59,154 nt of DNA from a virus (Duplodnaviria > Caudoviricetes), in IMG/VR virus record IMGVR_UViG_3300044998_000560, positions 1 through 59,154 of that record; one strand, given 5' to 3'. The translations under genes were made by a program, and so were the position numbers. The notes beneath the pieces are model-generated. The model did no database searches. It saw nothing but the letters and a program-made list of their open reading frames with translations, and was not told the origin of the DNA. Below, in pieces: positions 39,081-48,767 of the stretch; the stretch's first letter is position 1, and each line of letters begins with the position of its first letter.

Positions 39081-40319
39081 ATGGCAAATACGCTGGAAAA
39101 AGCAATTCGTTCTGTTTTAACAGAAGCAGGTCCAGATTCAATTCCTGGAAGAGTTGAACCAACACCTGAATTCCATGAAGTTGGGGGATCAACACATGAC
39201 AATGTTGCTCCAAAATTAGATTATGCTAAAACAATCAAACCGGGACAAGGAAAACTTCCTAATGCTTCCGGAGGTGGACCGGAAAAGAATCCAACAAAAT
39301 ATAAAAAGAGCGAAGACTTGGATCCTAAAAAGGAAATGAGTGAAGAAGAAGAAGTTGATGGTGATTCATTAGAAGAGGATTCAGAAAGACTTCCAAATTG
39401 GTTAAAAACTCTTGTTTCTGAAAATCTCGAAGAAGAAGAGGAGATTTCAGAAGAAGATGAAATTTCAGAAGAAGAGGAGATTTCAGAAGAAGATGAAATT
39501 TCAGAAGAAGAGGAAGAAGTTGAATTTGAAATTAATGAAGAATATTTCAACGAAAAACGCGCCGAGGCCTTTTCTGTTGCTGAAGAATCTTTATTGAGCA
39601 TTTTCGGAGATAATAAATTATCTGAATCTTTCAAGACAAAGTTGGTTTCTGTTTTCGAAGCTGCTGTCCAAACACAAGTAGAAGTAATCCGAGAAGAATT
39701 AGAAGCAAGATATGAATTAGCTCTCAATGAACAAGTGAAAGAAATTTCAAATGCTCTAGTTGAGAGAGTTGATACATATTTGGATTATGTTGCAGAACAA
39801 TGGTTGAATGAAAATGAAATCGCAATTGAAAGAAGCATGAAAGCTGAATTAACAGAAAGTTTCATGTCAGATTTAAAGAAATTGTTTGAAGAACATTATA
39901 TTGAAGTTCCAGAAAAGAAATTGGATGTTCTGAATTCTCTCGCTGAACAGAATGAAAAGTTGTCTGTACAATTAAATAAAACATTAACTGAATTAATCGA
40001 AACGAAAATGTCGTTGAAGGAATATAAAAAGGAAGAATTGATCACAGAAGCAACTCGTGGAATGATTGATTCAAAGGCATCAAAATTGCGTAAGTTAGCC
40101 GAAGCAATTGAATTTGACGATGATTTTGAAGAAAAGATAAATTCATTGAAAGAAACAGTTAATGGTTCTTCTTCAAAAACATCAAAGAAAACAACACTTA
40201 CAGAAGATGCAGATAAAGGAAAAGATATGAACGAAAAGGAGAAGAAAAGCACTTCTGATCCTCTTATCGAACAAACTTTAAATATCTTAAATCGTACAGG
40301 TTCTACAATTAAGAAATAA
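39081..40319 (+). CDS. gp22: Prohead scaffolding/core protein gp22
   Basis: LSESFK.K...VFEAAV, VDTYLDYVAEQWL.ENE.AIE...K.EL.ESF...LK.LF.EHYIEVP. Confidence 0.95.
   Translation: MANTLEKAIRSVLTEAGPDSIPGRVEPTPEFHEVGGSTHDNVAPKLDYAKTIKPGQGKLPNASGGGPEKNPTKYKKSEDLDPKKEMSEEEEVDGDSLEEDSERLPNWLKTLVSENLEEEEEISEEDEISEEEEISEEDEISEEEEEVEFEINEEYFNEKRAEAFSVAEESLLSIFGDNKLSESFKTKLVSVFEAAVQTQVEVIREELEARYELALNEQVKEISNALVERVDTYLDYVAEQWLNENEIAIERSMKAELTESFMSDLKKLFEEHYIEVPEKKLDVLNSLAEQNEKLSVQLNKTLTELIETKMSLKEYKKEELITEATRGMIDSKASKLRKLAEAIEFDDDFEEKINSLKETVNGSSSKTSKKTTLTEDADKGKDMNEKEKKSTSDPLIEQTLNILNRTGSTIKK
39432..39514 (+). repeat. Tandem repeat in gp22: (GAAGAAGAGGAGATTTCA GAAGAAGATGAAATTTCA)x2 plus a partial copy
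   Basis: Perfect 36-bp unit made of two 18-bp subunits; encodes EEEEIS/EEDEIS. Confidence 0.92.
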
Positions 40320-40379
40320 GAAAGAGTGAAATTGAAATAAAAAACCAAACCATCCAAAAGGATAAATTAGGAGAAAAAA

Positions 40380-41711
40380 ATGTCAGTTATTGATGAATTA
40401 AAACAACAACAGTCCCACACAGCCGCTTTGGTTGAAGCATGGTCTGCTGTTCTGGATCATGAATCTGCTCCGCCGATTGTTAATCACCGCGGGCAGCCGG
40501 ATTATACCAGAAAAGCTGTTACCGCTCAACTATTAGAAAACACAAAGGAGGCATTGCTTGAAGAAAGACGCCAACTTCTGAATGAAGCGCCTTCCGCTCC
40601 TGCTAATAATATTGGTGGTGGTGCGATTGGAACATGGGATCCTATTCTGATTTCTCTTGTCCGTCGTGCTATGCCAAATCTTATTGCTTATGATTTGTGT
40701 GGTGTTCAACCAATGACAGGTCCTACGGGACTTATCTTTGCGATGAAATCGCGTTACATAAATCAAACAGGTGATGAAGCATTATTTAATGAAGCAAAAA
40801 CAGATTTCTCAGGAACAGGTATTACTGGTGGTGCTGCTCACTCAGGAACCTCTCCATTTGATGTGGGTTTTTCAACCGGTACCGGAATTTCGACCGCAAA
40901 TGCAGAACAGCTTGGATCTGATCCTGCTTTAGATTTCCCTGAAATGGCATTCAGCATTGATAAAGTGACTGTTTCAGCACAATCAAGAGCATTGAAATCA
41001 GAATACAGCATGGAATTAGCGCAAGATTTGAAAGCAATTCGCGGAATGGATGCTGAGACAGAATTGGCGAATATTCTTTCTGCTGAAATCTTAACAGAAA
41101 TCAACAGAGAAATTATCCGCCGTCTGTATAGCATCGCCGTTGTCGGTGCTCAGTTTGGGACCGCCGTCCCCGGTGAATACAACCTGAACCTTGACTCAAA
41201 CGGACGTTGGTCTGTGGAACGCTTTAAGGGTCTTCTTTTCCAAGCTGACCGTGAAGCAAACGCAATTGCGAAAGAAACTCGTAGAGGACGTGGTAACTTC
41301 ATCGTTTGCTCTTCTGACGTTGCTTCCGCATTATCTTTGACAGGTGTTCTTGATTATGCTCCCTCAATTTCATCCAACTTAAATGTTGATGATACAGGAA
41401 ATACATACGTCGGAACACTTCAAGGAAAATTCCGTGTATATATCGACCCATATTTCGGTGGTTCTTCAACTCACGAATTATTGGTTGTTGGATATAAGGG
41501 TGCTTCTCCGTTTGATGCCGGATTCTTCTATTGCCCATATGTTCCGCTGCAAATGGTGAGAGCAATCGACCCGAATACATTCCAGCCAAAGATTGGATTC
41601 AAAACACGTTATGGAATGGTTGGAAATCCGTTCTGGGGAGCAACACCTGGGGCATTGACTCCAAATAGTAATCCTTATTTCCGTAAAGTGAAAGTGCTCA
41701 ATATCAACTAA
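40380..41711 (+). CDS. gp23: Major capsid protein gp23
   Basis: DPILISLVRRAMPNLIAYDLCGVQPMTGPTGLIFAM, SRALKSEYSMELAQDLKAI, FYCPYVPLQM, FQPKIGFKTRYG. Confidence 0.99.
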   Translation: MSVIDELKQQQSHTAALVEAWSAVLDHESAPPIVNHRGQPDYTRKAVTAQLLENTKEALLEERRQLLNEAPSAPANNIGGGAIGTWDPILISLVRRAMPNLIAYDLCGVQPMTGPTGLIFAMKSRYINQTGDEALFNEAKTDFSGTGITGGAAHSGTSPFDVGFSTGTGISTANAEQLGSDPALDFPEMAFSIDKVTVSAQSRALKSEYSMELAQDLKAIRGMDAETELANILSAEILTEINREIIRRLYSIAVVGAQFGTAVPGEYNLNLDSNGRWSVERFKGLLFQADREANAIAKETRRGRGNFIVCSSDVASALSLTGVLDYAPSISSNLNVDDTGNTYVGTLQGKFRVYIDPYFGGSSTHELLVVGYKGASPFDAGFFYCPYVPLQMVRAIDPNTFQPKIGFKTRYGMVGNPFWGATPGALTPNSNPYFRKVKVLNIN

Positions 41712-41738
41712 ATAACAATTCAATTAAACAAAATAATT

Positions 41739-41771
41739 ATGGGAGTCAAGTTAACTTGACTCCCATTTTTT
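41739..41771 (+). terminator. Intrinsic terminator after gp23
   Basis: Perfect 28-bp palindrome ATGGGAGTCAAG-TTAA-CTTGACTCCCAT followed by a T run. Confidence 0.9.
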
Positions 41772-41899
41772 CAATATGATAAATATATGAAGAAAAAATA
41801 CTATATTATAAACTCTTAAAAATACAACATTTTAAAATCACATTTAATTTGATTTTCGACACCTGTTAAAAACATTTTTTTGAAAGCATAAATATTTTT

Positions 41900-42451
41900 A
41901 TGCCAAGAAAAATAGGTGCCGTAGCACGACAAATAGAAAATATCAATCAATTATCTAACCTAAAATTTGCTTTTAGGATAGAGAGATTTCCAGAAGTTAA
42001 TTATTTTGTGCAAAGAGCAAATCTTCCAAGTGTTTCTATACAGTCAGTATCACAACCGAACCCGTTCATTCCTATTCCGCAACAGGGGGATAGAATGAAT
42101 TATGAACCACTTTCTATTTCGTTCGTGGTTGACGAATATTTGAAAAATTGGATTAGCATTTACCGTTGGATGGAAGGGATTACTTTTCCGCAGAATTTTG
42201 AACAGTTTAAGGATATTCGTTTTTCGAACACGACAATAAATCCTGATACAGGTAATTTGTTTTCGGATATTACCCTCTCCATTCTCACAAATAAATCAAA
42301 TCCAAAATTAAATATTTTCTTTAAAAATGCCTTTCCAATATCTCTTTCTTCAATCAATTTTGATACAACAGAGGTATCGGTTGAATCTGTAATTTGTGAA
42401 GTTTCTTTTATTTACAATTATTTTGATATTGAAATTGTTTCGGAAATATGA
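41900..42451 (+). CDS. gp3: Tail tube terminator/completion protein gp3
   Basis: F.F.I..FP.V.YF.Q.ANLP.V, GD...YE.L.I.F.VDE.L.NW, F..AFP.SLS...F; ATAAATA at 41779 and 41888. Confidence 0.9.
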   Translation: MPRKIGAVARQIENINQLSNLKFAFRIERFPEVNYFVQRANLPSVSIQSVSQPNPFIPIPQQGDRMNYEPLSISFVVDEYLKNWISIYRWMEGITFPQNFEQFKDIRFSNTTINPDTGNLFSDITLSILTNKSNPKLNIFFKNAFPISLSSINFDTTEVSVESVICEVSFIYNYFDIEIVSEI

Positions 42452-42457
42452 TATAAT
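42429..42457 (+). promoter_or_regulatory. Sigma70-type promoter for uvsY
   Basis: TTGAAA-17 nt-TATAAT with TG extension; the ATG follows 6 nt after the -10 box. Confidence 0.7.
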
Positions 42458-42463
42458 ATAATC

Positions 42464-42889
42464 ATGACATTTGACGAAATCATAACAGAATCAGAAAAAG
42501 ATTTAAGGATGAATCCTGATTTGAGTCAGGAAATGAGGGATGCGCCTTTAAAAGAGCATAAGTATATAAAGGAATATCACTATAAACAAGCAAAATTGAA
42601 GGTGTTAAATACACAAAAGGTAAAATTGGAGAAAAAATTATTCCTTTATTATAGTGGTGCTGCGGATGAAGAATTATATAAGCAAAAAGGAACAATTGAA
42701 TTTAGAATTTTAAAACAAGATATTCAAAAATTCATTGATTCTGATGATGAGATGATTGAATTAAAGGAAAAAATAGATTATATACAATCTTGTGTCGATT
42801 TGCTAAATGATATCGTTTTTTCTGTTAAACAATTACAATGGAAAGCAAAAACGGCAATCGAATATACTCAATTTACGAATGGGTCATAA
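42464..42889 (+). CDS. uvsY: Recombination mediator UvsY
   Basis: P..H.KY, YYSG.A..E.Y, ILKQDI..FIDSD.E, K.AIE..QF..G; precedes uvsW. Confidence 0.85.
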   Translation: MTFDEIITESEKDLRMNPDLSQEMRDAPLKEHKYIKEYHYKQAKLKVLNTQKVKLEKKLFLYYSGAADEELYKQKGTIEFRILKQDIQKFIDSDDEMIELKEKIDYIQSCVDLLNDIVFSVKQLQWKAKTAIEYTQFTNGS

Positions 42890-42897
42890 ACTATTGA

Positions 42898-44376
42898 ATG
42901 AAAATTACATTACAAAAATACAATGAATCTCTAATAAAAATAGAAGCAGAATTATCTATTTTGAAAGAAATCGGAGATTATTTTACATTTTTCGTCCCCG
43001 GCGCCCAATATATGCCTTTGTATAGGATTAAGGCTTGGGATGGGAAGATTCGCTTATTTGATTTTAAAACATGTACTTTACCATATGGTCTTCTATGGAA
43101 ATTAAAAAAATTTACCGAAAATAGTGGTTATGAATTAATCACAAATGATTTGGATATCGAAAATTCTTTTTCTAACATAGAAGCTAATGATTTCTTTAAA
43201 GCACTCCAACCAACTTCTAAAGGAAAAGAAATATATCCAAGAGAGGATCAAATTTATGCGTTTCGTTCAGCAATACAGCGTAAGCGCATTATATTGATTA
43301 GTCCTACAGGGTCAGGAAAATCTTTAATCATTTACGCAATAATTCGGTGGTTAGTTTTTCAAAAAAAGAAAGTGTTGCTAGTCGTACCTTCAACCAGTTT
43401 GGTTGAACAAATGTATTCCGATTTTGAGGATTATTCATTAATCAATAAATGGAAAGTATCGAAACATTGTCATCGTGTTTACTCAGGAAAAAAATTGGAA
43501 TCGGATGCTTCCGTAGTTATTTCTACTTGGCAATCAATCTACAAATTAGGTAAATCTTGGTTTTCACAATTTGATGCCATTATTGGAGATGAAGCACATG
43601 GTTTTCAGGCAAAATCTCTTTCTTTAATTATGAAAAAATTGGAAAATGCCGAGTATAGAATAGGAACAACTGCTACATTACAGGAATCCAAAATTCATAA
43701 ATTGGTTCTCGAAGGGTGGTTTGGCCCAGCCCGCGAAGTTATAAAAACAAAAGAACTTATTGATTTGAAAGCGATTGCTGATGTATCAATAAGTTGCTTA
43801 ATATTAAAATATCCTAAAGAAGAATGTAAGTTTGTAAAATCCTTGAAGTATCATGAAGAAATTGAATATATTGCTCAAAACCAAAAAAGAATGAATTTTT
43901 TGAAAAATCTTGCCCTTTCTCTTGACGGTAACACATTGATTATGTTTAAGTTAGTCGATAAACATGGAAAACAAATTTATAAGGAATTGTTAGAAAAGTC
44001 AAAAAATAAAATTCCTATCTTTTTCGTTCATGGAAAAATAGACGTAGAAAATCGTGAAGAAGTCCGTAAAATTGTCGAAAATCAAGAAAAATCAATAATT
44101 GTAGCCAGCTCTGGAGTTTTTAGCCAAGGAGTTAATATCCAAAGGATTCATAACATTATATTAGCTTCTCCAATGAAAAGTATAATTAGAAATAAACAAT
44201 CAATTGGAAGAGGAACACGTTTGGGACACGATAAAACTGTAGTTAATATATATGATATCGTTGATAATTTTGAATATAACAATAATAAAAATTTTGCTCT
44301 GGAACACTTTTTTGAGCGTTTGAAAATCTATAATGGAGAAAAATTTGTCGTAAAGACATATAATATAGCACTATGA
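42898..44376 (+). CDS. uvsW: SF2 DNA helicase UvsW
   Basis: FTFFVPGAQYMP.Y....WDGKIRLF, SPTGSGKS, GDEAH, QSIGR..R. Confidence 0.96.
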   Translation: MKITLQKYNESLIKIEAELSILKEIGDYFTFFVPGAQYMPLYRIKAWDGKIRLFDFKTCTLPYGLLWKLKKFTENSGYELITNDLDIENSFSNIEANDFFKALQPTSKGKEIYPREDQIYAFRSAIQRKRIILISPTGSGKSLIIYAIIRWLVFQKKKVLLVVPSTSLVEQMYSDFEDYSLINKWKVSKHCHRVYSGKKLESDASVVISTWQSIYKLGKSWFSQFDAIIGDEAHGFQAKSLSLIMKKLENAEYRIGTTATLQESKIHKLVLEGWFGPAREVIKTKELIDLKAIADVSISCLILKYPKEECKFVKSLKYHEEIEYIAQNQKRMNFLKNLALSLDGNTLIMFKLVDKHGKQIYKELLEKSKNKIPIFFVHGKIDVENREEVRKIVENQEKSIIVASSGVFSQGVNIQRIHNIILASPMKSIIRNKQSIGRGTRLGHDKTVVNIYDIVDNFEYNNNKNFALEHFFERLKIYNGEKFVVKTYNIAL

Positions 44377-44726
44377 AAAATGAAATCCAAATAATCAAGT
44401 TAATGAATGGTGAAACCATAATCGCTGATGCGAATTTTGATTCGAAAAAACCAGGAACAATTATAATAAATGATCCTATGCTTTTGGTTTCTCTAATACA
44501 CCCATCTGATCCAGAAGTGAGTGGTATTTCTATGCATCGTTGGGTACCGTTTTATAACGGAGACCTCCATATTAAAAAATCTCTCGTTATAACACATTGT
44601 AAAGCACCTAAAGAATTGGAATCTTTTTATCTTTCAGCAAAGGAAAGAATTAGTTTAAATCCGGATATTGTTGATGATTCTGCAATATTTCTAAAAGATT
44701 ATGATGGAAATGGAATAAAGCAATAA
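44373..44726 (+). CDS. Conserved Sm-like hypothetical protein between uvsW and gp55
   Basis: IIKLMNGETIIA...I.DPM...WVPF; conserved position. Confidence 0.65.
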   Translation: MKNEIQIIKLMNGETIIADANFDSKKPGTIIINDPMLLVSLIHPSDPEVSGISMHRWVPFYNGDLHIKKSLVITHCKAPKELESFYLSAKERISLNPDIVDDSAIFLKDYDGNGIKQ

Positions 44727-44801
44727 AAGGAAGAACTTTAAAAAGGGATTTAATTACCGGAAGGACTTAAAGGACTTATTACTTGAAACGGCTACACTCT
44801 C

Positions 44802-44830
44802 AGAATAACATTTGTCAAGTCATTTGTCAA
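44802..44830 (-). promoter_or_regulatory. Leftward sigma70-type promoter (antisense)
   Basis: Minus strand TTGACA (44830-44825)-17 nt-TATTCT (44807-44802) with TG extension. Confidence 0.5.
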
Positions 44831-44837
44831 GTTTTTT

Positions 44838-44866
44838 TTGACATTTTTTTTTCAATATGCTATACT
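44838..44866 (+). promoter_or_regulatory. Sigma70-type promoter for gp55
   Basis: TTGACA-17 nt-TATACT, TGn extended -10. Confidence 0.85.
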
Positions 44867-44895
44867 AATAGAGTATTCAAAAGGAGAGAATACAT

Positions 44896-45441
44896 TTGAA
44901 AAAGAAAAACCATTATTTAAATAATGATGATTTTTTGAAAGCGATCATAGAATATAAGGAAATGATTAAAAAAGCCAAGAGTGAAGGAAAAGAAAGACCA
45001 CCTATTCCAGAATATATTGGTGAATGTTTTTTGTTGATTGCAAACAGACTTTCTACAAATCCTAAATATTTTGGCTATACATATAGAGAGGATATGATTG
45101 GTGATGCTTTAATAGATTGTGTTAAGTATCTGGATAGATTTGATCCACAAAAGAGTAGCAACCCATTTGCTTATTTTACACAATTTATGTATCATGCCTT
45201 TATTCGTTGTATAGGAAAAGAAAAACAATTTCAAGATACTAAATTTAGATATCTTGAGAACTTGGAATTAATTGGCCAAGTTTCCGAAAAGCAGGCCGGT
45301 GATTCAAAGGAATATGATAATACATACGCAAAATTTATTTATGAAAAGCGCCGCGAATCATCATATGAATTTAGAAAAAACAAAGAAAAGAAGCAAAGAG
45401 AAAAGAAGAAGATTATTGGTATTTCACAATTCGAGGTGTAA
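44896..45441 (+). CDS. gp55: Late-transcription sigma factor gp55 (TTG start)
   Basis: HYLNN..FL.A, IPEYIGECFL.IA..LS..P...GYTYREDMIGDA...C, FDP.KS.NPFAYFTQ; AAAGGAG RBS. Confidence 0.96.
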   Translation: MKKKNHYLNNDDFLKAIIEYKEMIKKAKSEGKERPPIPEYIGECFLLIANRLSTNPKYFGYTYREDMIGDALIDCVKYLDRFDPQKSSNPFAYFTQFMYHAFIRCIGKEKQFQDTKFRYLENLELIGQVSEKQAGDSKEYDNTYAKFIYEKRRESSYEFRKNKEKKQREKKKIIGISQFEV

Positions 45442-46530
45442 ATGAGTAAAATTGCTCTAATCACAGATTTACATTTTGGAGTAAGAAATGATTCATTAAT
45501 TTATTTAAATTATTTTGAAAAATTTTATAAAGAACAATTTTTTCCATATTTAATTGAAAATGGTATAGGGACAATAATTAATCTAGGAGATACTTTTGAT
45601 AGAAGAAAATTTATTTCCTTTAATACATTGCGTAGGGCAAAGGAAATGTTTTTTGATGTGGCGTTTGAAAATGGAATTACGATTCATACTATTATTGGAA
45701 ATCATGATACGACATATAAGAACACAAATGAATTAAATGGTCCTGACCAACTGTTGAGAGAATATACCAATATACACATATATTCAGAACCGGAAGAAAT
45801 TGATTTATTTTGTACTGGTGAATTATTTGCGTTCATACCTTGGATTACTGCGGATAATCAAGAAAAGGTGTTGAAATTTATTCAAGATACAAAGGCAAAA
45901 ATTGCTTTTGGACATTTTGAATTGAATGGTTATGAAGTGTTGCGAGGTATTAAAATGGAACATGGAATGGAACCAGATATTCTTTCAAAATTTGAAGCCG
46001 TTTTTTCTGGGCATTTCCATTCAAAGCATGATAAACGAAATATATATTATTTAGGTACACCTTATGAACTATATTTTTCGGACCTTTATGATAACAAAGG
46101 ATTTCATATTTTCGATACAGAAACGAGAGAATTGGAATTTATAATTAATCCGAGAAGACTGTTTCATAGAATTTATTATGATGATAAAGGAAAAACGTAT
46201 CAAGAAGTTGTAAAAAAGGTTGATTATTTGCAATACAAAGATACATATGTAAAAGTTGTGGTTGTGAGAAAAACGAATAATTTATTTTTGGAAAAATTTT
46301 TGGATAAATTATATTCTGCTTCTCCTGTTGATGTTAAAGTTGTGGATGAATTTAAAGTAGATATAGAAGGAAATTTATTGGATGATTCTATTAGTTTAGC
46401 AGAAGATACATTATCCGTTTTGAATAAGTATGTCGATTCAATAGAATCTTTGAAAAACAACGAAACGAGAGAAAAATTGAAAAATCTACTTTCGGAATTG
46501 TACAAAGAAGCACAAATGATTGAGGAATAA
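45442..46530 (+). CDS. gp47: Recombination endonuclease gp47 (Mre11/SbcD-like)
   Basis: ITDLHFG.RND, LGDTFDRRK, GNHD, GHFE, SGHFH, YLGTPY. Confidence 0.96.
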   Translation: MSKIALITDLHFGVRNDSLIYLNYFEKFYKEQFFPYLIENGIGTIINLGDTFDRRKFISFNTLRRAKEMFFDVAFENGITIHTIIGNHDTTYKNTNELNGPDQLLREYTNIHIYSEPEEIDLFCTGELFAFIPWITADNQEKVLKFIQDTKAKIAFGHFELNGYEVLRGIKMEHGMEPDILSKFEAVFSGHFHSKHDKRNIYYLGTPYELYFSDLYDNKGFHIFDTETRELEFIINPRRLFHRIYYDDKGKTYQEVVKKVDYLQYKDTYVKVVVVRKTNNLFLEKFLDKLYSASPVDVKVVDEFKVDIEGNLLDDSISLAEDTLSVLNKYVDSIESLKNNETREKLKNLLSELYKEAQMIEE

Positions 46531-46533
46531 GGG

Positions 46534-48279
46534 ATGATAGTTTTTGAGAAGATTCGTTGGAAAAATTTTCTATCAACCGGAAGAAATTTTTTAGAAATAG
46601 ATTTGGATACGAAATCATCAACATTGATTTCTGGTGTAAATGGAACAGGAAAATCGACTCTTTTGGATGCTCTTTCATTTGCATTATTTGGAAGAGCATT
46701 TAGGAAAATAAACAAACCACAATTGATTAATTCGATTAATGAAAAGGATTGTTTGGTTGAAGTTGAATTTTCTATCGGAAAAACAAAATATATGATTCGT
46801 AGAGGTATGAAACCAAACATATTCGAAATTGTTGAAAACGGAAAAGTAAAAGATAAGGAAGCATTTATAAGAGATCAACAGGAATATCTTGAGAAATTTA
46901 TATTGAAATTGAATTTCAAATCGTTTTCGCAAGTTGTTGTTTTAGGATCAAGTACTTTTATTCCATTTATGCAATTATCTGCTGCTGATAGGAGATTTAT
47001 TATAGAAGATTTGTTGGATATACAAATATTTTCTGCTATGAACGTTGTTCTGAAAAATAGAATCGCTGAACATAAAACGCAGTCGGATTCTTTGATCCAT
47101 AGAAAAGAATTGGTTAAACAGAGAATAAATCTAATAGATTCGCATATACAGGATTTAAAAAAGCATACAAAAGAGAGAATAAAACAAATTGAGGAACAGA
47201 TACGTTTAACGAAAAATGAGATCGAAAAGGAAAACGAATTAATTATTGAATCTGCGAATATAGTAGCATCCCTGTCCAAAGAACTGGAGGAAAACCAATC
47301 TTTTTTTATTCGTTTGGGAAAATATCAGGAACTCCATAGCGATTTATCAAAAAAGATTAAAAATATTTTAAAAGAAAAGAAATTTTTCCAAGATATGTTA
47401 TATGATAAAGAAAAATCAAAATGTCCTACTTGTAGCCAAAATGTTAATGAAGAGTTTGCTTCCTCTTGTATAGAAAAGAAAAATGAACAAATCGAAGAAT
47501 TGGAAAAAGCATTGAATGAGATTGATGTTGAGACACAAAAAATGAAGATCGAAGAGGAAAGACTTCATTCTATTCGTGATGAAATAGAGAAATATAGACA
47601 AAAGATTTTGAAATATAAATCTAATATTGATGGATACAAAAAATATATTTCTACTCTGAAAGATGAAAAGAATAACATTTCAACAGGAAAATTCGAACAA
47701 AAGGAATTGGTAGAGAATGAGGAAAAATTAAAAGATTCGATTTCTGAAATGAATAAATTAAAAGAACAGGAGAAAAAATACATTGAGGAAAAGGAAGTTT
47801 ATGAATTAGCATATGTGATGTTAAAAGATTCGGGTATTAAGACACAAATAGTGAAACAATATATCCCTATTATTAACAAGTTGGTAAACAAATATCTAAA
47901 TGAGTTAGATTTTTTTATTAACTTTGTTTTTGATGAGAATTTTAATGAAACGCTGAAGAGTAGGCACCGTGATGTGTTTTCTTATGCCTCTTTTTCTGAA
48001 GGGCAAAAGAAAAGGATTGATTTGGCATTGCTTTTTACCTGGCGCGAAATTGCAAAATTGAAAAATAGTGCAAATACTAATATATTAATTTTGGATGAAG
48101 TATTTGATAACGCATTGGATGCTCAAGGAATTGATGATTTTATGAAATTGCTTCATACATTAGGAAATTCAATTAGTATTTTTGTAATAAGCCCCAAAGG
48201 TGATTTAATCTTTGATAAATTTGAGAGAGTAATTAAATTTGAATTAAAAAATAATTTTAGTAAAATGGAGATTATATGA
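46534..48279 (+). CDS. gp46: Recombination ATPase gp46 (Rad50/SbcC-like)
   Basis: WKNFLSTG, GVNGTGKS, CPTC zinc hook, FSEGQK.RIDLA, LDEVFD. Confidence 0.97.
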   Translation: MIVFEKIRWKNFLSTGRNFLEIDLDTKSSTLISGVNGTGKSTLLDALSFALFGRAFRKINKPQLINSINEKDCLVEVEFSIGKTKYMIRRGMKPNIFEIVENGKVKDKEAFIRDQQEYLEKFILKLNFKSFSQVVVLGSSTFIPFMQLSAADRRFIIEDLLDIQIFSAMNVVLKNRIAEHKTQSDSLIHRKELVKQRINLIDSHIQDLKKHTKERIKQIEEQIRLTKNEIEKENELIIESANIVASLSKELEENQSFFIRLGKYQELHSDLSKKIKNILKEKKFFQDMLYDKEKSKCPTCSQNVNEEFASSCIEKKNEQIEELEKALNEIDVETQKMKIEEERLHSIRDEIEKYRQKILKYKSNIDGYKKYISTLKDEKNNISTGKFEQKELVENEEKLKDSISEMNKLKEQEKKYIEEKEVYELAYVMLKDSGIKTQIVKQYIPIINKLVNKYLNELDFFINFVFDENFNETLKSRHRDVFSYASFSEGQKKRIDLALLFTWREIAKLKNSANTNILILDEVFDNALDAQGIDDFMKLLHTLGNSISIFVISPKGDLIFDKFERVIKFELKNNFSKMEII

Positions 48280-48767
48280 ATAAGGATAGTAATATTGGAT
48301 GGGATGAATATTTTTTTGGACTTGTTGATGTTATAAAACAAAAAAGTAAAGATCCAGATACTAAGGTTGGTTGTATAATTGTTGGAAAAGACCATGAAAT
48401 CAGAACAACTGGATTCAATGGCTTCGCCCGCGGTGTGGATGAACACCAACAAGAAAGATGGGTTCGACCAGAAAAATATTTTTGGGTAGAGCATGCTGAA
48501 AGAAATGCGATTTATAATGCTGTTCGTTGTGGTGTGTCTTTGGAAGGATGTACTGCTTATATAGAAATATTCCCATGTATAGAATGCGCGAAGGCGTTGA
48601 TTCAAAGCGGAATCAAAATAATTAAGGTTCGTTTTGAAAAGGTACAAGAGAGGAAAAGAATTTTATTGGAGCGCGGTAATGAATTTTATGAAAACGAATT
48701 TAAAAATATGATTAAAATACAACGTATGTTTTTTGAATCTGGTGTCGAATATGTGGAGGTGAGATGA
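48276..48767 (+). CDS. cd: dCMP deaminase family protein
   Basis: SKDPDTKVGC.IV, TGFNG, HAERNAI, PCIECA. Confidence 0.88.
   Translation: MNKDSNIGWDEYFFGLVDVIKQKSKDPDTKVGCIIVGKDHEIRTTGFNGFARGVDEHQQERWVRPEKYFWVEHAERNAIYNAVRCGVSLEGCTAYIEIFPCIECAKALIQSGIKIIKVRFEKVQERKRILLERGNEFYENEFKNMIKIQRMFFESGVEYVEVR

Noticed and set aside
41712-41899. tRNA or structured ncRNA in the AT-rich gap after gp23 (and other gaps)
   Set aside because: The gap is explained by a terminator and late promoters, and no cloverleaf or T-loop motif was found by eye.
29137-48279. Inteins or group I introns in gp17, gp20, gp23, uvsW or gp46
   Set aside because: Lengths are normal, the motifs are contiguous, and no splice-junction signatures were seen.
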